A stretch of DNA of 64,000 nucleotides from an uncultured Collinsella sp. (GTDB taxonomy: Bacteria > Actinomycetota > Coriobacteriia > Coriobacteriales > Coriobacteriaceae), in assembly GCA_900540995.1 (NCBI GenBank), contig UQHO01000003.1:2965-66964 (forward strand), read 5' to 3'. Made by a program: the position numbers and the translations under genes. Below are positions 1-8,149 of the stretch, piece after piece (positions within the stretch are counted from its first letter, which is position 1; every line of letters begins with the position of its first letter). The notes under the pieces are model-generated. The model was not told where the DNA came from. It did not search any database and was given only the letters and a program-made list of their open reading frames with translations.

Positions 1-170
1 GTACTTTAGCCAAACAAGGCGCGGCCTATACGGTCGAGCTCGACCGCCACGTAATAACTACGACCAACCCGCCACAATGGGACAGGTTAATTTTGGCAGG
101 TCTATCTGGGCAAACGCCGCCTCTCTGCCATGTGGTGCCATGGGGACAGGTTAGTTTGCGCTAATTTAAA

Positions 171-208
171 AAGAAAAAGGGCCGCGCACCCAAATGGATG
201 CACGGCCC
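171..208 (-). terminator. Rho-independent terminator downstream of rpmE
   Basis: GC stem gggccgcg/cacggccc with a tttttctt tract when read on the minus strand, immediately after the rpmE stop. Confidence 0.5.
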
Positions 209-245
209 TCATGCCATGAATGCGAGCGATTCCGCGGCGAGCTAT

Positions 246-671
246 TTACTCAGCAGCCTCGGTGGTCTCGGCCTCGGCAGCGGCCTCCTCGACGGGAGCC
301 TCTGCGGGAGCCTCGGCGGCCTGCTTGGCAGCCTCCTCGGCAAACTTAGCAGCACGCTTAGCCTTCTCGGCAGCCTTGACCTCAGCGGCGGCCTTGCGAG
401 CGGCCTCGGCCTCAGCAGCCTTGGCGGCCTTGGCGGCCTTGGCCTCCTCGGCCTTCTTGAGCTGGGCGGCAGCGGCGCCACCGAACTTGTCGGCGAAGCG
501 CTGGACGCGTCCACCGGTGTCGACGAACTTCTGCTGGCCGGTGTAGAACGGGTGGCACTCGTTGCAAAGCTCGACCTTCATCTCGGACACGGTAGCGTGC
601 GTCTTGAAGGTGTTGCCGCAGGAGCACGTCACCGTGCACTCGACATACTGGGGATGGATACCCTGCTTCAT
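246..671 (-). CDS. rpmE: 50S ribosomal protein L31, Zn-ribbon type A, with a ~70-aa Ala/Lys/Glu-rich C-terminal extension
   Basis: MKQGIHPQY...CSCGNTF...[10 protein letters not shown] signature, followed by an AKAAE-repeat tail. An AAGGAG RBS precedes the ATG. Confidence 0.9.
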   Translation of the reverse strand: MKQGIHPQYVECTVTCSCGNTFKTHATVSEMKVELCNECHPFYTGQQKFVDTGGRVQRFADKFGGAAAAQLKKAEEAKAAKAAKAAEAEAARKAAAEVKAAEKAKRAAKFAEEAAKQAAEAPAEAPVEEAAAEAETTEAAE

Positions 672-976
672 GGTAGGACTCCTTATTGGTCAGGCGCTGG
701 TTACCGATCAGCGCATAAGGCGTCTTGGTTTCCGACCAAGACAACAAACTCGGCTATGGTACCACGGCGCCGCGCGTCCCACAAAAGGTTCACGGTCTTT
801 GCGCAACGCGGCGTGGCCAACCGCGGCGAACACGCACCCTGTCGCCCCTTCGCCCGTGTTGCAGACGTGTAACGCCGCAGTAAGCACACCCCTTTTGGCG
901 CCAGACGGGTACAATGATGAACACTGTACCGTAGCGGAGCGCCTCCGCGCGCCGCAACCACGCGAAAGGGTTTCCC

Positions 977-1264
977 ATGGCCGAGATCTCGTCCTCCCGT
1001 ATCGTCATCACCGTCCTTGGCAAGAACCGCCCCGGCATCGTCGCCGGCGTCACCCGTGTCCTGGGCGAGGCCAACGTCGACATCCGCGACATCACGCAGT
1101 CCATTATCGAGGACATCTTCACCATGACCATGCTGGCCGACACCGCCGAGTCCAAGCTCGACTTCGCTGAGCTGCAGAAGGCCCTGGCCGAGGCCGGCGA
1201 GCTTTCGGGCGTCAACGTGTCCATCCAGCGCGAGGACGTCTTTAACTTTATGTACCGCCTGTAG
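977..1264 (+). CDS. ACT-domain protein (UPF0237-like)
   Basis: A 95-aa protein whose N-terminal ACT-like motif is RIVITVLGKNRPGIVAGVT. Confidence 0.7.
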   Translation: MAEISSSRIVITVLGKNRPGIVAGVTRVLGEANVDIRDITQSIIEDIFTMTMLADTAESKLDFAELQKALAEAGELSGVNVSIQREDVFNFMYRL

Positions 1265-1341
1265 CGAGCAAGCCGCCGGGGATTGCCTGACACGCGCATG
1301 CCCATGCAAGCCACCCCGATGCGGCCCGGAGAGGAGCGCGC

Positions 1342-2760
1342 ATGGCCTACGACGCCAAGAAAATCTATTACCGCTTCGATGACCACTTGAGCCGACTGGT
1401 TCTGGATTACGAAGCAAGCCGCCAGATTTCGTCTGAGAGCGAAAGCCTCTACCACGGCCTGCCGACCGACCCTTATGACGAGGGCTTGTTCGAAGAGCAC
1501 AATGTCAAGCGCGGCCTGCGCAATGCCGACGGCTCGGGCGTGGTCGCGGGCCTCACTCGTATCTCGGATGTGCACGGCTACAACAAGGTCGACGGAAAGG
1601 TCGTGCCCGATCAGGGCAAGCTCACGCTTCGCGGCTACAGCATCGAGGATCTGGTCAACAATGCCCAGGCCGAGAATCGCTACGGCTACGAGGAAGTCGC
1701 CTATCTGCTTATCACGGGTTCGCTGCCCAACAAGGAAGAGCTCGACGGCTTTTGCGAGCGCCTAGGCGCCTTTAGACATCTGAGCGACGAGTACGTTAAA
1801 GAGTTCCCTATGACCACGGTGTCGTCGAGCATCATGAACGTGCTCCAGCGCGCCGTGTTGCTGCTTTACGCCTTCGACGCCGAGCCCGACGTGATCACGC
1901 CCGAGCACGAAATCGACGTCGCTATTTCCATGCTCGCACGTCTCCCGCGCATCGCCGCCTTCGCACACATGGCCTCGGTCGCTAAGCTTCGCGGCTCCGA
2001 GGTTCACGTGCCGCACCCCACGCCCGGCCTCTCCACCGCCGAGACCATCCTACAGGTCCTGCGCGGCGGCATGGCGTTCACCCGCGATGAGGCGATGCTG
2101 CTCGACGTTATGCTCATGCTGCATGCCGAGCACGGCGGCGGCAACAACTCCACCTTCGCCTGCCGCGTGCTGTCGTCTTCGGCCACCGACCCGTATTCCG
2201 CCTACGCCGCGGCCATCGGCTCGCTCAAGGGCCCGCGCCACGGCGGTGCCAATGCCAAGGTCGTGTCTATGCACGAGGACATCCGCGCGCATGTCTCCAA
2301 CTGGGAGGACGAGGACGAGGTCGCAGCCTACCTGGGCAAGATCCTCGACAAGCAGGCCTTCGACGGCACGGGTCTCATCTACGGCATGGGCCACGCCGTC
2401 TACACACTGAGCGACCCGCGCGCCGAGGTGTGCCGCCGTTACGCGCGCACACTTGCCGCCAAGAAGGACCTGGGCGATGAATTCGCGCTCATCGAGCGCA
2501 TCGAGCGCCTGGCACCGCAGGTGATGCGCGACCACGGCATGACCAAGCCCATCTGCGCCAACATCGACCTGTACACGGGCTTTATCTACAAGATGCTCGG
2601 CGTGCCCGAGACGCTCTTTACGCCGCTGTTCGCCGTCGCCCGCATGGCCGGCTGGTCGGCACACCGCATGGAAGAGCTCTTCTGCGCGCATCGCATCATC
2701 CGCCCGGCATACCGTCCGGTGATCGAGCCGCTGGAGTACAAGCCGCTCGCCGACCGCTAG
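1342..2760 (+). CDS. Citrate synthase family protein
   Basis: Motifs LHAEHGGGNNSTF, GPRHGGANAKV, GMGHAVYTLSDPRA and NIDLYTGFIY match citrate synthase signatures. A GAGGAG RBS is present. Confidence 0.85.
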   Translation: MAYDAKKIYYRFDDHLSRLVLDYEASRQISSESESLYHGLPTDPYDEGLFEEHNVKRGLRNADGSGVVAGLTRISDVHGYNKVDGKVVPDQGKLTLRGYSIEDLVNNAQAENRYGYEEVAYLLITGSLPNKEELDGFCERLGAFRHLSDEYVKEFPMTTVSSSIMNVLQRAVLLLYAFDAEPDVITPEHEIDVAISMLARLPRIAAFAHMASVAKLRGSEVHVPHPTPGLSTAETILQVLRGGMAFTRDEAMLLDVMLMLHAEHGGGNNSTFACRVLSSSATDPYSAYAAAIGSLKGPRHGGANAKVVSMHEDIRAHVSNWEDEDEVAAYLGKILDKQAFDGTGLIYGMGHAVYTLSDPRAEVCRRYARTLAAKKDLGDEFALIERIERLAPQVMRDHGMTKPICANIDLYTGFIYKMLGVPETLFTPLFAVARMAGWSAHRMEELFCAHRIIRPAYRPVIEPLEYKPLADR

Positions 2761-2783
2761 GACGCGGACCGTTATAGAACTCG

Positions 2784-2823
2784 AGCGTGGCCAGGGCATC
2801 GCCGCCCTCGGCCACGCTTTTTA
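2784..2823 (+). terminator. Rho-independent terminator after citrate synthase
   Basis: Stem agcgtggcc...ggccacgct followed by ttttt. Confidence 0.5.
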
Positions 2824-2847
2824 TGCCAGCAGAAAGGGCTGCATCAA

Positions 2848-3690
2848 ATGATTGTGTTTTCCGATATGGACGGAACGCTGCTGACGAGCGATAAGCAAAT
2901 GAGCGATGCCACCTGGTCGATGCTCGACGAACTCGCTCGACGCGGAATTGAATTTGTGCCCTGCACGGGACGTCCGCTGTCGGGCATCTTTGAGCCCATC
3001 CTCGCCCATCCCGCCGTGCACTATGCCGTCTGCGCCAATGGCGCCAGCGTCTGGCAGCTCGACGACGATGTGCCCAACGATGCCTCGCGCGCCACGCGCA
3101 TTTTGAGCCGTCCGCTCGATCGCGGCATTGCCCATCGCGTCCGTCGCATCGCCGCCGGCCACGATGTGACCTTCGATATCTTCGCGGATGGGCAGTGCTT
3201 CCTCCCCCGCTCGCTATACGGGCGTCTGGATGAGTTCTGCGGCGGCGACCCCCACATCGCGGCTTCGCTCAAGCGCACACGAACGCCGATCGACATGGAT
3301 ATCGACAGCAAAATCGACGAGGTCGAGACGCTCGAACGCATCGCTATGTACTGGCACGACCCCGCCGATCGCGACGCCATCGCGGCGGCGCTCGACACGC
3401 TCGGAGGAATTGAGGTCACGCGTTCTTACGCCATGAATATCGAGGTCATGGGTGAGGGCGCCACCAAGGGAACGGCCCTCACGTGGCTATGCGAGCACCT
3501 GGGCGAGCGTCTCGCCGACGCTTGGGCGTTCGGCGACAACATCAACGACATCCCCATGCTGCAGGCAGCGGGCCACGGCATGGCCATGATCAACGCCGAG
3601 CCCGAGGACCGCGAGGCGGCCGACGCCATCACCGAGTTCGACAACGACCACGACGGCGTCGCCCGCACCATCATGGCCGCCCTCGCCTAG
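2848..3690 (+). CDS. Cof-type HAD-IIB family hydrolase (sugar phosphatase-like)
   Basis: N-terminal FSDMDGTLL motif with an HAD-IIB cap. The C-terminal GDNINDIPML motif is also present. Confidence 0.8.
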   Translation: MIVFSDMDGTLLTSDKQMSDATWSMLDELARRGIEFVPCTGRPLSGIFEPILAHPAVHYAVCANGASVWQLDDDVPNDASRATRILSRPLDRGIAHRVRRIAAGHDVTFDIFADGQCFLPRSLYGRLDEFCGGDPHIAASLKRTRTPIDMDIDSKIDEVETLERIAMYWHDPADRDAIAAALDTLGGIEVTRSYAMNIEVMGEGATKGTALTWLCEHLGERLADAWAFGDNINDIPMLQAAGHGMAMINAEPEDREAADAITEFDNDHDGVARTIMAALA

Positions 3691-3730
3691 TCATTGGGGC
3701 GTTCTTGAATGACTAGTCGTTGGGGACAGT
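3686..3730. repeat. ~40-bp hairpin element with two GACTAGTC palindromic cores (copy A)
   Basis: ctagtcattggggcgttcttgaatgactagtcgttgggga. A 9-bp stem surrounds a 12-nt loop. It is the inverted copy of the 4768-4807 element. Confidence 0.6.
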
Positions 3731-3797
3731 CTTCGCGAAAAAGCTGCAAGGACTGTCCCCCACTGCCGGCAGAAAAGGAACGTCCCCATCTGCCGGA

Positions 3798-4592
3798 TTA
3801 GGAGAGACTCTCCAGCACGCGACGGAGCTCCTGCTGAACGGCGTGGTCGCGGTTGCAGCCTACGACGCGATCGGCCACCGCCTTGAGCGCGGGGCGCGCG
3901 TTTTCCATCGCGCAGCCCGTGCCGACAAAGCGAATGATCTCGTAGTCGTTCATCGAGTCGCCAAACGCCATGACCTCGTCGCAACCAATGCCGTAATGCT
4001 CCGCGAGCTGCGCGATACCCGAGGCCTTCGACACACCAGGCTGCATGGCATCGATCCACGCGTTGCCCGAAGGCGCAAAAGTAAAGAGCTGACCAAGTTC
4101 GCGCTGTAGCACGTACGCACTGTCCATAACCGCACTGTCGTCGCAAAAGATACTCGCTTTGATGATATTTACGCTGGGATCGGGCAGCTCCCAAATGCGC
4201 TCGGCATTGGGAAGGTCCTTATCGACCTCACGCACGAACTTGCACTCGTCATCGAGCAGGAAGGACTTGGTTCGGTCAAAGAGCGCAAGATGCAGATTGG
4301 GAAACGTCCTGACGGCTTGGGCGAGCCTTCGAATCGCCAGGTGGGAATACACCTCACGGTCTACCATCTTGCCGTCGGCGTAGACCTGGGCGCCGTTAGC
4401 GGCGACAAAGTCCATCTTGTCGCGAACGGGCGCAAAGAACTCGCACAGGCGATCGTAGCGACGACCTGACGATGCAGCGAAATGCACACCATGCTCGTGT
4501 AGCGCCAGAATCAGTTCGTAGGTCTCGGGAGGCACCTGGCCGTTTTCGTCAAGCAGTGTGCCGTCCATATCGGATGCAATCAGTTTAAACAT
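3798..4592 (-). CDS. Cof-type HAD-IIB family hydrolase
   Basis: ASDMDGTLLD N-terminus and a GDSMND motif. It is a paralog of the upstream HAD gene. Confidence 0.8.
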   Translation of the reverse strand: MFKLIASDMDGTLLDENGQVPPETYELILALHEHGVHFAASSGRRYDRLCEFFAPVRDKMDFVAANGAQVYADGKMVDREVYSHLAIRRLAQAVRTFPNLHLALFDRTKSFLLDDECKFVREVDKDLPNAERIWELPDPSVNIIKASIFCDDSAVMDSAYVLQRELGQLFTFAPSGNAWIDAMQPGVSKASGIAQLAEHYGIGCDEVMAFGDSMNDYEIIRFVGTGCAMENARPALKAVADRVVGCNRDHAVQQELRRVLESLS

Positions 4593-4767
4593 AGAAAAGC
4601 TCCCTTTGGGTACGTTGGAATCGAACGCGTATCCGATTCCAACGTACCCAAAGGGAGCTCAAATAAGACTCCGCGGACGCAAACGCTACAAGGACCTAGC
4701 AAATAGCTCACGCGCGCCAGAGGTCCTACGGCCGCAGCGTCAGGCGACACGCCAAAGAGTGTCGCAG

Positions 4768-4807
4768 GCGACTAGTCGTTTAAGAACGTCCCCAATGACT
4801 AGTCGGC
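4768..4807. repeat. ~40-bp GACTAGTC hairpin element (copy B, inverted relative to copy A)
   Basis: gcgactagtcgtttaagaacgtccccaatgactagtcggcg. Its reverse complement matches copy A at about 34 of 37 positions. Confidence 0.6.
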
Positions 4808-6619
4808 GTAGGTGAAGGTAGTGACGTCGAACATGCCCTCAGGGCGAATGCGGAGCGTCGGGATCACCGGCAGGGGCAGGAAGATGATGCCCATGATGGG
4901 GTCGAGCGGCGGCTCAATACCCATGGCGCGCGCCTTGACCATAAAGTCGTCGTGCTGCGCGGCGACATCCTCGGCCGTGCCCTCGCTCATCAGACCACCG
5001 ATCGCCAGCGGAATACGCGCCACGACCTCACCGTTGCGCACCAGCACGTGACCGCCCTGGCCAACAGCCTCGACGGCAGCCATCATATCGGCCGCGTTGT
5101 CGCCCACCACGCACACGTTGTGCGAGTCGTGGCCGATCGTCGAGGCGATGGCACCGCCCGTAATGGTAAAGCCACGCACCCAGCCGCGACCAATGTGCTT
5201 GCCAACGAGCCCCAGGCCAGCGGGACCGTCGCCGTCGGCGCCCTCGGCCTGCAGCGACACGCCGCGGCCATGGCGCTCAATCAGCATAATGCGACGCAAG
5301 TCCTTGGCATTCTCGGGGCGAGCCATGCCCGTGATGGCCTTGCCCGGCACAACGTCGATCACTGCCTCACCCGGCTTAAAGGCATAGTCGAACACGTCGA
5401 GCGATAGCTTCGGCAGCTTAACGGAGGCGCGCAGCTCATCGGCAAGCGCTGCGACCTCGGCCATCTCGGGTGCAATCTCGCCCACAAAGGTGCCATCCTG
5501 CGCCACCAGGGCACCGGCGGCATAAACACGATGCGGAGCTGTGGCAAACGTCAGGTCGTTGAGTACCAGCAGGTCGGCACGCTTGCCCGGGGCGATGGCG
5601 CCACGCAGCTCGTGTGGGTCGCGGCAACCGTGGTCCAGGCCAAACGCCTCGGCCGTGGACAGGGACGCCATAGAGATGGCAACCACGGGGTCAATACCGG
5701 CCTCGATGGCCACGCGGCAGGCATTGTCGATCATACCGGTCGAAAGCGCATCGGAGGGAGCGCGGTCGTCGGTCGCAAAACAGCAGCGGCGGGCACGGGC
5801 GGGGTTCTCCAGCAGCATCGGAGACAGGTTGGCCAGGTCGTGGCTACACGTGCCCTCGCGCAGCATCACATACATGCCACGGGACAGCTTGTCGAGCGCC
5901 TCCTCGGGAATCGTCGACTCGTGGTCGGCGATAATGCCCGCTGCGGCATAGGCGTTGAGGTCCTTACCGGCAACGAGCGGCGCGTGGCCGTCAACCTGCT
6001 TGGACGGCGTCTGGTTGGCAGCATCGATGCGGGCGCAGGTCTCGGGATCGGCCATAAAGACGCCCGGCAGGTTCATCATTTCGCCCAGACCAAAAACGTC
6101 GCCCGGATGCTCGGCAAAAAACGCCTGCATATCGGCAGCGGTGATGACGGCACCGGCCTGCTCATCGGGCAGTGCGGGCACGCACGAAGGCATCATGTAC
6201 TTGATGGAGATGGGCGCGCGACGACCGTCCTCAATCATAAAGCGCAGGCCGTCGAGACCGGCAACATTGGCGATCTCGTGACTGTCGGCAATGGCGGTGG
6301 TAGTACCGCGCGTCGCGGCCATGCGAGCATACTCGGCGGGGCGGATGTTCGAGGACTCGATATGCAAGTGTCCGTCAATAAAACCGGGGGCAAGATAGCA
6401 ACCCTGGCAGTCGATAACCTCGGCAGCCTCGTAGGTACCGGCGGTATCGTCGCGACCATCGTAGAGCACGCCGACGATCACACCGTCCTTGACGGCAACG
6501 CTACCGGGCGCCACGCGCTGACCGTACACGTCGACAATGTGCGCATTGGCAAACAGCGTGTCGACGGGCACGCGGCCCTCGGCAGCGTCGATCACAGACC
6601 TCATGACCTCAACGGACAT
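4799..6619 (-). CDS. ade: Adenine deaminase
   Basis: A 606-aa amidohydrolase with GFIDGHLHIESS and a DLLVLNDL motif, typical of Ade. An AAAGGAG RBS is present. Confidence 0.8.
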   Translation of the reverse strand: MSVEVMRSVIDAAEGRVPVDTLFANAHIVDVYGQRVAPGSVAVKDGVIVGVLYDGRDDTAGTYEAAEVIDCQGCYLAPGFIDGHLHIESSNIRPAEYARMAATRGTTTAIADSHEIANVAGLDGLRFMIEDGRRAPISIKYMMPSCVPALPDEQAGAVITAADMQAFFAEHPGDVFGLGEMMNLPGVFMADPETCARIDAANQTPSKQVDGHAPLVAGKDLNAYAAAGIIADHESTIPEEALDKLSRGMYVMLREGTCSHDLANLSPMLLENPARARRCCFATDDRAPSDALSTGMIDNACRVAIEAGIDPVVAISMASLSTAEAFGLDHGCRDPHELRGAIAPGKRADLLVLNDLTFATAPHRVYAAGALVAQDGTFVGEIAPEMAEVAALADELRASVKLPKLSLDVFDYAFKPGEAVIDVVPGKAITGMARPENAKDLRRIMLIERHGRGVSLQAEGADGDGPAGLGLVGKHIGRGWVRGFTITGGAIASTIGHDSHNVCVVGDNAADMMAAVEAVGQGGHVLVRNGEVVARIPLAIGGLMSEGTAEDVAAQHDDFMVKARAMGIEPPLDPIMGIIFLPLPVIPTLRIRPEGMFDVTTFTYAD

Positions 6620-6775
6620 ACATACTCCTTTAACCGTAGAAATAACTGCGGGGCGGACGGGCCTTCACCGCAGCAAGCCAATAGCCATTGTATGCCCAAA
6701 AGAAAGTCCCGCTAACACCCCTTCCGCTTAACGGCACCGCCAAATGATCCCTCCGTCCCCAAGGGATCGTCGTAA

Positions 6776-6811
6776 CCAAAAAGGCCGCAGTCGGGATTCC
6801 CGGCTGCGGCC
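6776..6811 (-). terminator. Rho-independent terminator downstream of tyrS
   Basis: Stem ggccgcagtcggg...cccggctgcggcc, preceded on the plus strand by aaaaa, which is the T-tract for the minus-strand transcript. Confidence 0.5.
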
Positions 6812-6840
6812 TTATTGCACTTGTGAGGTCAACTCGCTCG

Positions 6841-8052
6841 TTAGACCAACTTAAAGCCCTTGCGCTTGCCCACGGAGAGGGTGTCGCCCAGTTTGAGGGC
6901 GCTCGGATCGATGTTGTAGCTCTTGGGAGCCACAGCCTTGCCGTTGATCTTGACGCCGCCGCCGTCGATGTCGCGGCGGGCCTGACCGGCGCTGGCCGAA
7001 AGGCCCAGGTCCTTGAGCAGGCCGGCGAGGTAAATCTGGCCCTCGTCGTTGACGGTCAGCTCAACGTGCTTCTCGGGGAAGTCGGCAAGCTGGCCCTCCT
7101 TGAACACACGGTCGAACTCGGCCTGGGCCTCGTCGCCGGCGCCGGCGCCGTGGTAGGTGTCGCACAGGTCGCGACCCAGAGCGCGCTTGAGCTCGTAGGG
7201 GTCGGCAGAACCGTCGGCCAGGGCGGCGTCGATCTTGTCGACCTCGGCCGGGGCGAGCGAGCTGGCCAGACGATAGTACTTGCCGATCATCTCGTCGGGG
7301 ATGGACATGGTCTTGCCGAACATATCCTTGGGAGCATCGGTCAGGCCGATGTAGTTGCCATAGGACTTGGACATCTTGCGCACGCCGTCGGTGCCCTCGA
7401 GCAGCGGCATGGTGAGCGCAATCTGCGGCTCCATGCCCATCTTCTCCATGAGCTCGCGGCCGGCGAGCAGGTTGAAGAGCTGGTCGGTGCCGCCCATCTC
7501 GACGTCGGCCTTGATCTGAACGGAGTCGAAGGCCTGCATCACGGGGTACAGGAACTCGTGCAGGGCGATCGGCGTCTGGGACTGGTAGCGCTTGGTAAAG
7601 TCGTCGCGCTCAAGGATGCGAGCGACGGTGAACTTGGAGCACACCTGCAGCAGGCCGGCCAGGTCCATCGAAAGGATCCAGTCGCCGTTGTGCACGATGG
7701 TGGTCTTCTCGGGGTCCAGAATCTTCATGGCCTGGCTCACGTAGGTCTCGGCGTTGGCCTCGATCTGCTCCTGCGAAAGCTGCGGACGCGTGGAGTTCTT
7801 GCCCGAGGGGTCGCCGATCAGCGCGGTGCCGTTGCCGATGATGAGGGTGACGTTGTGGCCCAGGTCCTGGAACTGACGCATCTTGCGCAGGGGCACGGCA
7901 TGGCCCAGGTGCAGGTCGGGGCTGGTGGGATCGACGCCGAGCTTGATGTTGAGGGGCTCGCCCTTCTCAAGCTTCTTGCGAAGGTCGGCCTCGGGGACGA
8001 TCTGCGCTGCACCCGAGGTGATGATACGCATTTGCTCGTCAACAGACAGCAT
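6841..8052 (-). CDS. tyrS: Tyrosine--tRNA ligase
   Basis: HLGH and KMSKS motifs plus a C-terminal S4-like domain. An AAGGAGG RBS is present. Confidence 0.95.
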   Translation of the reverse strand: MLSVDEQMRIITSGAAQIVPEADLRKKLEKGEPLNIKLGVDPTSPDLHLGHAVPLRKMRQFQDLGHNVTLIIGNGTALIGDPSGKNSTRPQLSQEQIEANAETYVSQAMKILDPEKTTIVHNGDWILSMDLAGLLQVCSKFTVARILERDDFTKRYQSQTPIALHEFLYPVMQAFDSVQIKADVEMGGTDQLFNLLAGRELMEKMGMEPQIALTMPLLEGTDGVRKMSKSYGNYIGLTDAPKDMFGKTMSIPDEMIGKYYRLASSLAPAEVDKIDAALADGSADPYELKRALGRDLCDTYHGAGAGDEAQAEFDRVFKEGQLADFPEKHVELTVNDEGQIYLAGLLKDLGLSASAGQARRDIDGGGVKINGKAVAPKSYNIDPSALKLGDTLSVGKRKGFKLV

Positions 8053-8149
8053 TGGGTATCCTCCTTTTGCTATAGCACCCTCACCGGATACGGCGGTGCT
8101 GGAAGTTCATAAACTCACTAATAATAACCAAAACAGCGCGACGCGGCAC

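Noticed and set aside
1-170. Possible tRNA or sRNA in the first 170 nt (direct repeat atgggacaggtta(a/g)ttttg at about 77-95 and 141-159).
   Set aside because: No cloverleaf or T-loop (GTTCRANYC) signature is present. It is only a short direct repeat in the sequence downstream of rpmE, with an unknown partner gene outside the window, and its significance is unclear.
5531-6715. Long antisense ORFs opposite well-supported genes. Examples are 5531-6715(+) across ade, 6823-8112(+) across tyrS, 10304-11827(-) across the PBP, 20004-21539(+) across secY, 28167-29654(+), 29600-31585(+), 31631-33112(+), 33103-34524(+), 45414-46988(+), 47016-48530(+), 48641-51679(+), 51825-53162(+), 53268-54644(+), 57041-58828(-) and 60149-61483(+).
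   Set aside because: High-GC DNA routinely yields long stop-free mirror-frame ORFs. The opposite-strand proteins have clear family signatures and proper RBSs. The antisense translations are low-complexity, rich in Arg, Ala, Gly and Val, and lack RBSs.
6620-6775. Purine riboswitch in the adenine deaminase leader.
   Set aside because: The reverse-complemented leader does not show the conserved purine-riboswitch core (UAUA...GGGA...UUUCUACC...ACCGUAAAU-like elements), so I could not support it from the sequence.
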